Positions 49,575 through 60,532 of a DNA stretch of 64,000 nucleotides are shown one piece after another. Every line of letters starts with the position of its first letter. The stretch's first letter is position 1. The stretch comes from Malacoraja senta (taxonomy: Eukaryota). The position numbers and the translations under genes are program-made. The notes beneath the pieces were generated by a model. That model had not been told where the DNA came from, made no database searches, and saw only the letters and a program-made list of their open reading frames with translations. Location of the stretch: NCBI GenBank assembly GCA_038087875.1, contig JAXLNO010001453.1, positions 186,001 to 250,000 on the forward strand, given 5' to 3'.

Positions 49575-49881
49575 CGCCACAGTGCGCAGTAATAGACTGC
49601 AGAGTCGCTGAGATCCAGCCCTGAGATACTCAAACTGGTGAACTTAGTCGCTGTATTGAGCTCAATAGAGAAACGAGTATCAGCGTATTGGGCCTTATCT
49701 TCATTGTCGTTGGTGTCTCTCCACATAGTAAACTCGGGCTGCATGCCTGGATATTGTCGGTACCATAATAAAGTATATCCACTCCATGTGGTATCATAGT
49801 TACAGGTTAAAGTCACCGCTTCTCCTTTTGTCTTCTTCGCCGTGTGCAGTGGCTGTGTGACAGATTCTCCGTGAATCATGA
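49575..49881 (-). CDS. T-cell receptor alpha/delta-type V gene segment, V exon
   Basis: Acceptor ttttacag| at 49882. Encodes ..GESVTQP..VTLTCNY..LLWYRQYPG..RFSIELN..SLSISGLDLSDSAVYYCALW with canonical Cys23, Trp41 and Cys104 and no stops. Confidence 0.92.
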
Positions 49882-49994
49882 CTGTAAAATAAATATATTG
49901 AGATAGTAACAGACACCGGAGTCTCGTGAGATTGCACTTCTCAAAACCTGAATGAGAAAGGCGAGGGGAACTGAAAAATTTGATCCCGAATTAC

Positions 49995-50040
49995 CTGTCA
50001 GAAACGCTCCCCACCCAACACAGATGCCGAGGAAACGCAT
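49995..50040 (-). CDS. Leader exon of the TCR V gene
   Basis: ATG CGT TTC CTC GGC ATC TGT GTT GGG TGG GGA GCG TTT CTG ACA G|GTAATT gives MRFLGICVGWGAFLT. A 113-nt phase-1 intron splices in frame (G+TC = Val) to the V exon. Confidence 0.88.
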
Positions 50041-50429
50041 TTTACCCGTTCACTCTGTACCAGCAGCGTTCCAAACTTGAAGCGACACAAACTGGTGCGT
50101 TTTCTCAGTCAAAGCGCGGCTCCTGGTCACCGGATGTTCGCTGTCACTGCCCTGTGCCCCCAGTGATGGAGTCAGAGATGTGGGTGGGCAGCGGGGTCTC
50201 AGCCAATTGAAATGCACGTAGCCGGAGTCCAGCTTTGCCCCCGAGAGTAGTCGCATCCGCTTGAACAAACCGTGGTTGAGGAAGACATATTTGTTCTTGT
50301 AACCGGTAGTGAAGGTGCGAAGCCTGAGATTGTTAAACGGAACAATAATAATGTGCATATTCACAAATGGAATAGATCGGGTAAACTCACAGAGTCTCTT
50401 GGCCAGATTAGGGTGATAGAGAAACAGAG

Positions 50430-50717
50430 AAAATAGATTTAAGGTCAGTGGGGAGGAAGATTTAATAGAGACCAGAAGGGTAACTTTTTAATACAAAGGG
50501 GGCTTATGGAACGAGCTGCCGGAGGTAGTAGTTAAGGCAGGCACAATCGCAAAGTTTAAGAAGAACGTTGACATGTGCATGGATAGAACATATGTTGAGG
50601 GATAGGGGCGAAACACATGCAGGTAGGACTAGTGTAGATGGAACATGTTGGCCGGTGTGGGCAAGTTGGGTCGAAAGGTGTGTTTGCGCGCTGTAAGACC
50701 CTATGATGCCATGATAC
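50430..50717 (+). mobile_element. CR1/HE1-type 3' end fragment
   Basis: ggaacgagctgccggaggtagtagttaaggcagg...gttgggtcgaaagg...gctgtaagaccctatga resembles the CR1 3' UTR. Confidence 0.7.
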
Positions 50718-50729
50718 TAAAAAACACAA

Positions 50730-50857
50730 CAGTATTAACGGCATCCGTCCAAAGGCGACAGTTGTACAGTCGTTTCGGCAGTGTCGAGAAAACATCAGTA
50801 TTAACGGCATCGTCGAAAGGCGACAGTTGTACAGTCGCTTCGGCAGTGTCGAGAAAA
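50730..50857. repeat. Two-copy tandem repeat of about 63 bp
   Basis: cagtattaacggcatc(c)gtc.aaaggcgacagttgtacagtcg.ttcggcagtgtcgagaaaa at 50730-50792 and 50796-50857. Confidence 0.9.
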
Positions 50858-51074
50858 GGGGAGTTATTACGATGTTTTGATGTTTTAATTGAGAAATGCA
50901 CGTGATTTCGATATGAAGTATATTACAAGCAAAGCCAGAAGGATGTACAAGGAGACATTTTCAATCAATGTTTCCAGTTCCACTCTCCCTTCATCTGCCA
51001 TGTTTTGGCATATGAAATTCATTCCTGAGGACCTCATCACACCGAGTCCACGCCGACCACCGATGATCAGATAA

Positions 51075-51309
51075 CTTTCGTTCCATGTTATTTCACTTTT
51101 CCATCTATTCCTTTCACACTTGGTGTATGCTTACAGAGGCCAATTAACCTAAAACATCACACCTATTTGGGATACGGGAGGAAATCAGAGCACCTGGACT
51201 ATACCGACACGGTCACAGCGAGACGGGAAAACTCCACTCAGACATCACCCGAGTACAGGATTGATCCCGGGTCTCTGAAGCTTCGAGGCAGCAGCTGCGC
51301 CACTGTGCC
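51075..51309 (-). mobile_element. tRNA-derived SINE, degenerate
   Basis: Minus-strand head cggcacagtggcgcagctgctgcctcgaag...gacccgggatcaatcctg. Confidence 0.7.
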
Positions 51310-52831
51310 GACAAAATGTGTGAATTGTTTTTATAAAGAGTGCAGCTGGGTGATTGTTGAACTTTAACCACAGCTAGCCGGCAATATAGGTTTGGAATTT
51401 CCATGAGTTGCAGCAGTATATCGAGTGGTCTGGTGATCTGCATTCTGCGCACAGACCGCTGCTGCCTGGATTCGGTTCGTGGTCAGGGGTTATGGCGGGT
51501 TGTTTTCTATCTCCAGTGGAAACACCATTAGACCGCGCAACGTTCACTCTGTGTAGTATCAGCGTCGCCGCCACCACGTGAACAGTCAGCAGCTCACTAA
51601 CATTTAAAATGATATACTTATGCAAAATACACAAACATTATTGCTACCAACGGCTAAGATTACCATAATCCCGACAGGGTCAGGCGGCCAGGGGTCTCAG
51701 AATCAAATTAATATTGAATTCGCTTTCAAAATATATATCCAAAATCAAAGAAAATATAAACCAACAATGGCCCACAAATCATCTTTTCGAATATGCTAAC
51801 TATACGACGTGTTGTCAGTCATGTAAACAAACCACTGGAGATTGGAAGATAATTCAAATGCACTCTCGCTCACTTGCTCGCGGAGTGGCGTGGATATCAG
51901 GGCAGTTGTGGAGGAGCAGCCATGAATTGAGAAATCGCAAGATTTGACTGGGTCTTTACATGGAAATGGTTCCGCCTTCACAGACCTCGACTATGGGAAA
52001 ACAACTGCGATTATTGTGAATTGTAGGAATAGTCATAGTGCGTCAAGGTTTTGTATTTCAATATATATACTTTATTCGAGAAATAAATATATATAATACA
52101 TGATCCTTACAAAACCCCATCCGACACTCTCGGAGGCTAAACATACATTCAATACTGTTTACACAAATTACACAATTTTACCTCCCACCTTAGGGGTCAC
52201 AAGTAACATTAGAACATTTGCAGATGACACAAAACTGGATGGCAGTGTGAACAGTGAGGAGGATGCTGTGAGAATGACTTCGACAGGCTGGGTGAGTGGG
52301 CAGCTGCATGGCAGAAGCAATTTAATGTGGGTAAATGTGAGGTTAGCCACATAATTAATGTGAGGTTAGCCAAGTAATTGCACATCAATGTATTATCAAT
52401 GCATTCCGATGATTTCGCCCTAATATCTGGAATAACGTCACATGCGGCCCCCTGTCTGTTTTATTGATAAAACATCGCTCAAAATATAACTATTTGATCA
52501 AGGACATTCCTTGGTGATATTTATTTCTGGTCATTTGGCACGTTATACGTTAAATTTTCTTATGATTTTCTTCATGAAGTGCCAACAGGTGAAAGATATT
52601 AATGCCGCTGCTGTATCCAATTGTATTCACTCCCACCTAGACAGTTCCATGTGATTTACATCATTTAGACCGCTGCACAGGAACCATTCTCGTTTGTTTT
52701 GAAGAGGAGCTCCAAGCGAAACCCAGGAAAATATTATTATTGGGTACATGTCAAGTGAATTCAACAGTGTCTGGTAAGAGCAGTAGAAAGGTAGAAAATA
52801 CAATATTACATCGTAGCATGTGTTGATAAGT

Positions 52832-54900
52832 GATCACAAGGTCATAAGTGATAGGTGCAGAATTAGGCCACTAGGCTCATCAAGCCTACTCCGCCATTTA
52901 ATCATGGATGATCCATCTCTCTCCCTCCCCAACCCCATCTTCCTGCCTTCTCCCCATAACCGCTGACACTCGTACTAATCAATAATCCATCTATCTCTGC
53001 CTTAAATATATAAATTGACGGCTTCCACAGCCTGGTGTGGCAAAAAACTCCACAGATTCACCACCTTTTAATTAAAGAAATTCTTCCTCCTTCTTCCCAA
53101 AGGAACGCCATTCCATTTTGAGGCTATGGCCTATGGTCGAAGACTCTCCCTCTAGTGGAATCATCCTCTCCACGTCCACTCTATGCAAACCTTTCACTAT
53201 TCGATAAGTTTCAATGTGGACCCCCATGATGCTTCCAAACTCCCGCGAATGTCGTCAAACGCTCGTCATATTTTAACCGACTCATTTGCTGGGATCGTTG
53301 TTGTAAACGTACTCTGGACCGTATCATGAACTGGCAATTCCTTCCTCAGATATGGTACCCACAATTGCTCACGATACTCCAAAAGCGACCTGACCAGTGC
53401 CTGATAGTGCCTCAGTATTGCATACCTGTTTTTTGTATTATTGCCCTATTGAAATAAATGCTAGCATTTTGTTTGCCTTCCTTACTACCAATTCGATTTA
53501 CAAATTACCTGGTTTGGTAATCTTGCACTAGCACTCTCAAGTCCCTTTGCACCTTCGATTTCTGGTTTCTCTTCCCATTTTGGAAATGGTCTACGCTTTT
53601 ATTCCTACTACGAAAATGCATGACCCCACACTTTGCTACTCAACATTCCATCTGCCATTTCTCTGCCCACTCTCCCAACCTATCCAAGTCCTTATGTAAA
53701 GTTCCAGCTTTCTCTGCACTACCTGTGTATGGAGCATGCTGCCAGAGACAATAGACAATAGACAATAGGTAAAGGAGTAGGCCATTCGGCTCTTCGAGCC
53801 ATTCAATGTGATCATGGCTGATCGTCTCAAATCAGTACCCCGTTCCTCCCTTCTCCCCATACCACCTGACTCCGCTATCTTTAAGAGCCCTATCTAGCTC
53901 TCTCTTGAAAGTATCCAGAGAACCGGCCTCTACCGCCTTCTAAGGAAGATAATTCCACAGACTCACAACTCTCTGTGAGAAAAATTGTTTCCTCGTCTCC
54001 GTTCTAAATGGCTTACCCCTTATTCTTAAACGGTGCCTCCTGGTTCGGGACTCCTCCAACATCGGGAACATGTTTCCTGCCTCTAGCGCGTCCAAAACCT
54101 TAATACTCTTGTATGTTTCAATAAGATCCCCTCTAATTCTTCTAAACTACAGAGTATACAAGCCCAGCCGCTCCGTTCTCTCAGCATATGATAGTCCCTC
54201 CATCCCGGGTATTAACGGTGCACTCCCTCAATAGCAAGAATGGCATTCCTCAAATTAGGGGACCAAAACTGCACAATACTCCAGATGTGGTCTCACTGGG
54301 GCCCTGTACAAATGCAGAAGGATCCTTTGCTCCTATACTCGACTCCTCTTGTTATAAAGGCCAACATGCCATTCCCTTTCTTCACTGCCTGCTGTACCTA
54401 CATGCTTAATTTCATAGAATGATGAACAAGGACCCCCAGATCCCGTTGTACTTCCCCTTTTCCCAACTTGACGCCATTTAGATAGTAATATGCTTTCCTG
54501 TTTGTGATACCGAAGTGGATAACTTCACATTTATTCCTATTAAACTTCAACTGCCATGCATTTGCCCACTCCCCCAACCTGTCCAATTCATCCTGCATTC
54601 GCATAGCATCCTCGTCACAGTTCACACTGCCACCCAGCTTTGCGTCATCTGCAAATTTGCTAATGTCACTTTGAATCCCTTCATCCAAATCATTTATATA
54701 TATTGTAAATAGCTGCGCTCCCACCACAGAGTCTTGTTGTACCCGACTTGTCACTGCCTGCCATTCTGAAAGGGACCCGTTAATCCCTACTCTTTGTTTC
54801 CTATCTGCCAACCAATTTTCCATCTATGTCAGCGCTCTACCCCCCAATACCATGTGCCATAATGTTGCCCACTAATCTCCTATGTGGGACCTTATCAAAT
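52832..54900 (-). mobile_element. Two adjacent degenerate CR1 3' fragments (tails ..cacaaggtcataag at about 52832 and (GACAATA)n at about 53745)
   Basis: ORF 54398-54823: WLADRKQRVGING...QLFTIYINDLDEG..SKFADDAKL. Confidence 0.85.
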
Positions 54901-56559
54901 GCGTAGGCAGGTGGGGTGTGCAGCCAGTGTTGATTATATTGCCTCTCGTGATAACGTTCAAAACCTGAAATGTCAACTCACAACATCGTTCGCTGCAGAG
55001 AAATAAAATATCCTGACCTATACAGTCTCTCTCGGAATTGAACGTCTCCAGTCCTGGCAAAATCTTTGTCATTAATAATCTGCCACTCCCCAGATTAATG
55101 GTATCATTGCTAACATATTGCAATCTGGACAACATTGCACGTGCGGTCTCGCCAACGTCCTATACCAGATGGTTAAACTCCACTTATACCCAACTGCGTG
55201 CGACTCCGGAAGTGAAATAAGCCCACACCTTAAGATGGCTGAGGGAAACAATATCCTACAATCCCCATACAAATTGACTCGCATCGCTTGCAAGCCGATT
55301 GCTCATGAACAAGATGGAGAAAAGCCCCTGTTTCCATGCTGTATAACATGCAACTACCACTTACAGTGAGAGTTGGTTGAATATACCTGCCTCTCCCGTG
55401 AGGAAGAGTTGGCGCTGCGTCCCCTTTAAATATTTACCGACTCATTTTAGACTCCTGCCCTCTTTTAGAGACCTATATCAGAGGAACAAAATAAAAGACC
55501 TCGTCTTATTTTAACACTCTATAACTCCTCGGGGTCTTGTGCGCGAGGAACCTCAGCATTATCAAGTCCATCTCACAATTTACAGCGTCCAATATGAGTA
55601 TCATTCTTGTGAATAGAGTTGCATACTCCCTAGTTAAAATGGATTTTTAATGAATTATTTCGAAAAATAATATCCCTCCTCCTGTGCTGTACTGCTCTGT
55701 GAATTTTTTTTCTGTGAATTGCTTAGTTTGAGTGCACAAAACATGACACTTCTTTCTTAGGTCACGACATTCTTCAGAATGATCTACTCCCAAACATGTA
55801 CCGCCGGACAGATTCTCCTTAACCGATTCAGTCGGCTCTATCATCTTGCATATCAACATTCTTGATATCTCCAACGGATCAATGCATTGAGATTATTTCG
55901 CCCTAATATCTGGAATAACATCAAAATCTATTCACCTCTCGTTTTATGAATTAACACATTTCTTTCAAGATAACCTGTAGATCAAGAACATTTCTTGTCG
56001 ATATTTATTTCTGGTCAGTTTCCACGTTACACATAATATTTGCATATCCTTTACTTCATGAAGTGCCAACAGTTGAAAGATAGTAATGCTGCTGTTGTAG
56101 CTGAATTGTATGAGATGTCGTCTAGAAGGTTCCTGTGACTTACATCATTTGGACCGCTGCCCAAGAATGATTCCCTTTTCTTTTGAAAAGGAGCTGCATG
56201 AGGAATCCAGGATCAAACTATTAATGGGTGCATGTTAATGAATGGAACAGTGTCTGAAAATGCATTACAAATGCTACAAATAAAACACTATATTATATCG
56301 CAGATTGTGTGGATAAATGCTATATGACATGTATTTTGCTGCATCTTCGTGTCACACCTTTAAATTTAAAAATAGAATGTGCAGTCGTATCTTACATTTC
56401 CCTTGTGCGGTTGGTACTCAGCTGGTGCCTGAGTAGCAAACGATCGCATAATGAGTTTGATCGCTTTGTATCACCAGGGAGCAACCTATTTGTTCAACGG
56501 CCCACAACGGATGTCCGCGGGGAGGTGAACGCACGCTGTCCTTCACTTTTTTCTAGGAA

Positions 56560-56565
56560 TATAAA
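56560..56565 (+). promoter_or_regulatory. Candidate TATA box of the intact GPCR
   Basis: TATAAA about 80 nt upstream of the ATG at 56641; position only, no expression evidence. Confidence 0.4.
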
Positions 56566-56640
56566 TATCGCGCGGTTTGACTTCTCACTTTGACTTCTGT
56601 AAGTTTTGAACGGCATAACTGGGGTCGGCTGGAAGGAGAA

Positions 56641-56710
56641 ATGAGTTGGAAGTGGTATTTGACAGCTGAATATTATTATTATCCAATTCTAGCAGCAATC
56701 GCAGTACCTG
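56641..56710 (+). CDS. GPR139/GPR142-like orphan GPCR, exon 1
   Basis: gaaATG AGT...: MSWKWYLTAEYYYYPILAAIAVP then G|GTAGGT donor. The YYPILAAI.VP motif supplies the first half of TM1. Confidence 0.85.
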
Positions 56711-56829
56711 GTAGGTCAATGGAACGTGTATGCGGGACTGACTTGTGGGATGATGTGTTGATAAAGGCAATGTTAAAGGTAAAGTGCAAATAGTGTGCGA
56801 AACACGGGAATGCTGGACTGCATCCGTCG

Positions 56830-57115
56830 TCTATGGATTATCGTTGGTGATATTAACTCCGAGGAACTTGAAGTCCTCAACCACTTCCACTTCAGGAGCG
56901 TTGATGGTGACCGGTGATCCTTCGCTTTTCCTAAAATAGATAACTTGCTCCTTCGTCTGGTTGATACTGACGTTGAGATTGTTATTATGTAGAAAGTTGT
57001 GGGAGCAGTTGCAGCCGAATTTGGCCGCGGGTCGTAAGTGTTTAGGGTGAAGTGTCGGGGACGGAGCAGACATCTTTATGGGGCACCGTTGTTGAGAATT
57101 ATTGTGGATGGGGTG
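56830..57115 (-). mobile_element. Rex1/L2-type RT fragment inside the GPCR intron
   Basis: IILNNGAP (GAPQG-like) and ..VEVVEDFKFLGVNIT motifs. Confidence 0.75.
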
Positions 57116-57580
57116 TTATCACTGATTATCACTGATTAAGGTATGTTCATTAGAAAGTCGAGTATCCACTCGCAAGCTGGAGTGCTGATCGCGAGGCTCG
57201 GGAGTTTATCAATGTGTTTGGATGGGAGTAGTGTTGAAGGCAAGTGTTCCAGCGGAGAAATGGGAATCTAACGTTCGACTCCTTCCTGCCTGGCTGTTAC
57301 AGAGAAGGGTTTAGGTCCAGGACGATGGCGTCTGATGCTGAACTGCTGCTGCAATATGCAGTCTGCGGTTCATCAAAGGCCGCTGGGAGAGGGCTCACGC
57401 TACCTGCGTATACCGCTGATAGCCAATGCGCACATCTCCTTAGCACGCACTGAGGGATTGCAAGCGGAGCAATCGTTTTCGACCAAATAAACAAAGCGTA
57501 CCAAAAATTTACCCCCACCCCAAATTAGCATCGCGTTTCCCTTCCATGTAACGACAGTTTCCTCTTTTCTACTCCCCCAG

Positions 57581-58494
57581 TGAACTTGTTGGCGATTGTG
57601 ATCCTGTCGCGCAGAAATTGTGGTCTCTCAAAATGCACCACTCGTTACCTGGTGGCCATGGCGGCGGTGGACCTCTCAGTGATTGTCTGCGAAGTGATAT
57701 TACATCGGATTGCCGACGTTTACTGGTGGCACACATTCCTCTTCCACAATACTGTGTGCAGGTGCATTATGTTCCTCGCTCCCGCCGCCGTTTCCTGTTC
57801 GGTTTGGCTCACGGTCGCTTTCACATTTGATCGCTTTGTGGCCATTTCCACTCAGAATCTGAGAACCAGATACTGCACCGAAAGAACCGCGCTGGTGGTT
57901 ATAGTCACCCTAACTGCGTTCTTCTGTTTACAGAACGCTCCCTGGCCTTTTGCGTACACTTATTATCTCAGGGATCAGCAGGGTATACTGCGGGGTTGCC
58001 GAATACCATATCACTTTTATGTCCTGCCATCGTGGATAGCATTTTCCTGGACTCAACAGCTGCTAATCCCAGTCATTCCATTTTGTTTGATTATGCTTAT
58101 GAACGTGCTCACTGTCAGACGCATTTTAGTGGCCAGTCGTGTCCGCAGAAAACTCCGCGATCTCAGTAGTGAGGACCCCGAAATCGCAAACCGCAGACGG
58201 TCCGTAATTTTACTCCTAGCAATCTCCAGCAGTTTTATGATGCTCTGGGGCACAAATGTGGGATATTTCGTTTACTATCGATGTACGAATGCATTTTGGT
58301 ACAGGGGGTTGAAGAACCCATTTGCAACATTTGAACAAACTGGAATTATGCTACAACTGTTGAACACCTGCACAAACACGCTTATTTACACCGTGACCCA
58401 GAGGAGGTTCAGAGAGCAGCTGCTCCAGGTACTCATGTACCCCTTCACCCTAACTGTAAGTTTAATAAAACTGAGAAAACCTGGTGTAAAATAA
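57581..58494 (+). CDS. GPR139/GPR142-like orphan GPCR, exon 2 (spliced product 327 aa, apparently intact)
   Basis: Acceptor ctcccccag|TG gives G+TG = Val. Contains NLLAIVIL (TM1), YLVAMAAVDL (TM2), C..SVWLTVAFTFDRFVAI (TM3), an ECL2 Cys, LWG (TM6), LNTCTNTLIY (TM7) and QRRFR (helix 8), with no stops. Confidence 0.92.
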
Positions 58495-58926
58495 CATTAC
58501 AATAATAATCCCTTCGTGAGTGAGTGCAAAAACTATGTAATGAAGGAGTTTTATCTGAAATCTTTCCGCATCAATTAAAAAAAAAATTGCTGAGAAATAG
58601 AATCTGAAGTCGCTCCCTGCACTGGAATGCATATTTGGCCATCTATTTAACGTGCGACACGGGCGCGTTGTTCAAAGTGTCCAGTGGGGAGGGCGGCCAT
58701 GTGGAACCGATTGCTATGTTGTACTGGAGCAGACCTCCAATGTTTCCGGAATTGAGCCTCGCCGTTAACTGTTTCCACCTTCCTTTGAATCCAGCGGCAA
58801 ATTCTCCAGCACGCAATGAAAACAGACAAAGAGTTATGGACATAAACATTTCATGCTCCATTACTCTACTCTTCTTTCAGACGTTCCATGGTTACGTATG
58901 TAAGTGCCCAGTGCACAAATGTGTTT

Positions 58927-58932
58927 AATAAA
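58927..58932 (+). terminator. Candidate polyadenylation signal of the GPCR
   Basis: AATAAA about 430 nt after the stop; present at the equivalent position in copies 1 (about 14473) and 2 (about 36997). Confidence 0.4.
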
Positions 58933-59714
58933 ATTCTTGCTGCAACATTTACGTTAATGAGAGTTCGATTTTATTTTTGCTTCTCGCACTCAATGTAATG
59001 CCTCATTGCACCTTGCAGAGGCTTTCGGTTTTCATCACAATTATTAACTCTGGACTAGATGCAGCCAAAGGTTGTGGGTGCTATTCATACAAGTTGGCAT
59101 TACTAATTATATTTTAATGGAAGCAGAGTGTAACAGGCGAGTATCCAGTAGAGGGCGGTAAAGTGAGTAGGTTCACCTGTGTGGTAAAGAGATTCTGAAT
59201 CGATTTGCATTAATGTCCCACCTCCATTGATGCAGCGCCGACGCTGGAGCTCTGCCGAGGCGAAGTAGCTAAATTCGGCGTACCAGTACATATCTGTTTT
59301 GAGCGGTTGCATCATTTGCATCATTTATCGCTCTCATTGTACGCATCACGGAGATGAAGAAGCGCAAAGGATTGCTTCTCCGTCTTGAGAGCATTTCTTG
59401 TCGGGTAGGCGACGTATCGGCTGTTTAGTGACATGCAGCGAAAAAAATGGAGACTCATGAACTAACATTTTATCGACATATAAACTGATAACAAAAGTAT
59501 TTTTGGGACAAAATTAGTTTTCCTTCAGTTGTTTGTGCCAGTTTTGATATCCATTGGGATCAGTGTCCATTTGTGACGTGGCGCCACCTTCCACAGCAAT
59601 CTTTTCTGAATCTGATTTACCAACAAACCCTCCATCCGTAGAATCCAGCCGCCACGCCTCCAAATCAATGGCAATAGCTCTACTATTCCGGTCCTCGATT
59701 CTTCCCCATCATCA

Positions 59715-60532
59715 TGTGAGGTTATCCATTTTGGTGGCAAAAACAGGAAAGCAGACTATTTTCTAAATGGTGGCCGACTAGGAAAAGGGGAGATGCAGCG
59801 AGACCTGGGTGTTATGGTACACCAGTCATTGAAAGTAGGCATGCAGGTGCAGCAGGCAGTGAAGAAAGCGAATGGTATGTTAGCTTTCATAGCAAAAGGA
59901 TTTGAGTATAGGAGCAGGGAGGTTCTACTGCAGTTGTACAGGGTCTTGGTGAGACCACACCTGGAGTATTGCATACAGTTTTTGTCTCCAAATCTGAGGA
60001 AGGACATTATTGCCATAGAGGGAGTGCAGAGAAGGTTCACCAGACTGATTCCTGGGATGTCAGGACTGTCTTATGAAGAAAGACTGGATAGACTTGGTTT
60101 ATACTCTCTAGAATTTAGGAGATTGAGAGGGGATCTTATAGAAACTTACAAAATTCTTAAGGGGTTGGACAGGCTAGATGCAGGAAGATTGCTCCCGATG
60201 TTGGGGAAGTCCAGGACAAGGGGTCACAGCTTAAGGATAAGGGGTAAATCCTTTAAAACCGAGATGAGAAGAACTTTTTTCACACAGAGAGTGGTGAATC
60301 TCTGGAACTCTCTGCCACAGAGGGTAGTCGAGGCCAGTTCATTGGTTATATTTAAGAGGGAGCTAGATGTGGCCCTTGTGGCTAAAGGGATCAGAGGGTA
60401 TGGAGAGAAGGCAGGTACGGGATACTGAGTTGGATGATCAGCCATGATCATATTGAATGGCGGTGCAGGCTCGAAGGGCCGAATGGCCTACTCCTGCACC
60501 TAATTTCTATGTTTCTATGTTTCTATGTTTCT
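59715..60532 (+). mobile_element. CR1 3' fragment (young subfamily as at 29673) with ATCA duplication
   Basis: ORF 59793-60428 is nearly identical to the end of ORF 29842-32451; (GTTTCTAT)n tail. ATCA at 59711-59714 and 60533-60536; empty site at about 15256. Confidence 0.93.

Noticed and set aside
49575-50040. V gene as NAR-TCR, NAR-TCR-supporting V-delta, or IgH/IgL V
   Set aside because: It has its own leader, canonical WYRQ, only two cysteines and a YYCAL end, with no adjacent D segment. This fits a conventional TCR alpha/delta V; alpha versus delta cannot be resolved here.
50050-50364. 104-aa minus-strand ORF just upstream of the V leader
   Set aside because: No Ig or other domain features; ends before the leader ATG and is probably a chance ORF in promoter DNA.
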